64,000 bases of DNA from Octopus vulgaris. Its lineage: Eukaryota. The stretch is taken from the NCBI GenBank assembly GCA_951406725.2, contig OX597824.1, forward strand, positions 99,572,001-99,636,000, written 5' to 3'. Each line of letters opens with the position of its first letter. Positions within the stretch are counted from its first letter, which is position 1. Under the pieces are notes generated by a model. The model worked only from the letters and a program-made list of their open reading frames with translations. It had not been told where the DNA came from and did no database searches. The position numbers and the translations under genes were made by a program. Below, one piece after another: positions 62,909-64,000 of this stretch.

Positions 62909-64000
62909 CCAAAGCCATGAAATCTCTTTCACTGTTGTCAGCGCCATCTTCTGGTCTACGTTATAGTTAATTGTTCAGCTTCTGGTGATGGGTGTTGTAG
63001 AGTAGACATCACTTCATCAATTCACATGACTGTCTTTTCAGTAAGGCATCATTGTCACCAAATCCTCCCCTCCATCAGCTTCAGGGTTTGTTGTGTCTTT
63101 GTCAGAAAGCATTGTTGTTGTTGTTAGTGTGTTAGAGTGGCAAACAGTTTCATCCTGCTATTCTGATTTCAATTCTTGCTCGTTTATTTGACATTTTCTG
63201 TCTCTGAGAGGCAATAAGTACCAATAATATACTGAGCTCAGTTTCATTAACTACAATTCTCACCTGTAAATTTCTCGCCTTACACCTGTGGAAGAAATTA
63301 CAACAACTACTACTACTACTATGATGCACAGTATGGATATAAAAATCCTGCAAGCCATATCATGTGTTCTTAGCTCCTATTCTTAGAACTCTACTTCTTG
63401 CCTGTTTCAAAAAAGCAGATTTTTGGGCTGTTCACATGTCTCTCTTTACGTCCAACCATTCCAAGTAGTATGACTGTCTGCGTGGGGGATTGAACCTTAC
63501 ACTATTTTCTAATGGCTCTTTACATTATTGGTTCACATCCTGCCAGGGTCAACTTTGGTTCTTTGTTTCATCAACCCCAAAAGACAGGCAAGAAGCAGTA
63601 TTGGTGCCATTTAATTAACTTCTCTACAAAATAGCTCACCTTCTGCCGAAATTAGCAACATTTTTTTTCATTATGATTCTTATTATTTGGTAGTTGGCAG
63701 AATTGGTAAAGAAGCAGATCAAAATGCCAGACAATAAATTGGTGACATCCTGATTTTAAATCTGACTTGATTCAAGACTTCATTCATCCTTCTCAGGTTG
63801 TTAAAAGAAGCCCCAGGATTGTCCACTCTGAAATACGCAGCCTGTGTAATATATTAAAGTCATCCTATAATTATAGTCTAACTGTACTTGAGAGTAAATT
63901 ACAGAATCCCAAGCAAACTAATTTCAAAACCTCATCTTCTTTTATTTGATTCACTTTCATTTCTGATAAACTTTAGTCTTTTTGCCAATCTCATTACTTC

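Overview
Eukaryotic, repeat- and microsatellite-rich genomic DNA. The SINE/LINE repertoire and the (TA/CA/GA/TAA/CAT)n density suggest a coleoid cephalopod (Octopus-like); this is inference. Two complete spliced genes sit head-to-head. NDUFAF1/CIA30 is on the minus strand (3 coding exons, 32068->27355, 313 aa) and CHP1 (calcineurin B homologous protein) is on the plus strand (7 coding exons, 34969->62908, 190 aa). All introns are GT-AG and the frames join. A third gene starts on the minus strand at 8015 (MGCGLS..., first coding exon of a probable adenylate-kinase-like P-loop protein); no further exon was found, so it probably continues left of the window. The rest is mostly decayed transposable elements: RTE, R4/Dong, CR1-like and Tx1-like LINEs, a Penelope-like fragment, mariner and Tigger/pogo relics, a non-autonomous Helitron and several tRNA-derived SINEs. 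The most striking unannotated structure is a set of fold-back elements whose inverted arms carry outward-facing minimal hammerhead-ribozyme motifs (CUGAYGA...GAAAC-AGCU-GUA), resembling Penelope pLTR ribozymes. Copies lie in introns of both genes, and one lies next to a Penelope-like ORF remnant. Most ORFs in the supplied track are microsatellite or TE artefacts.
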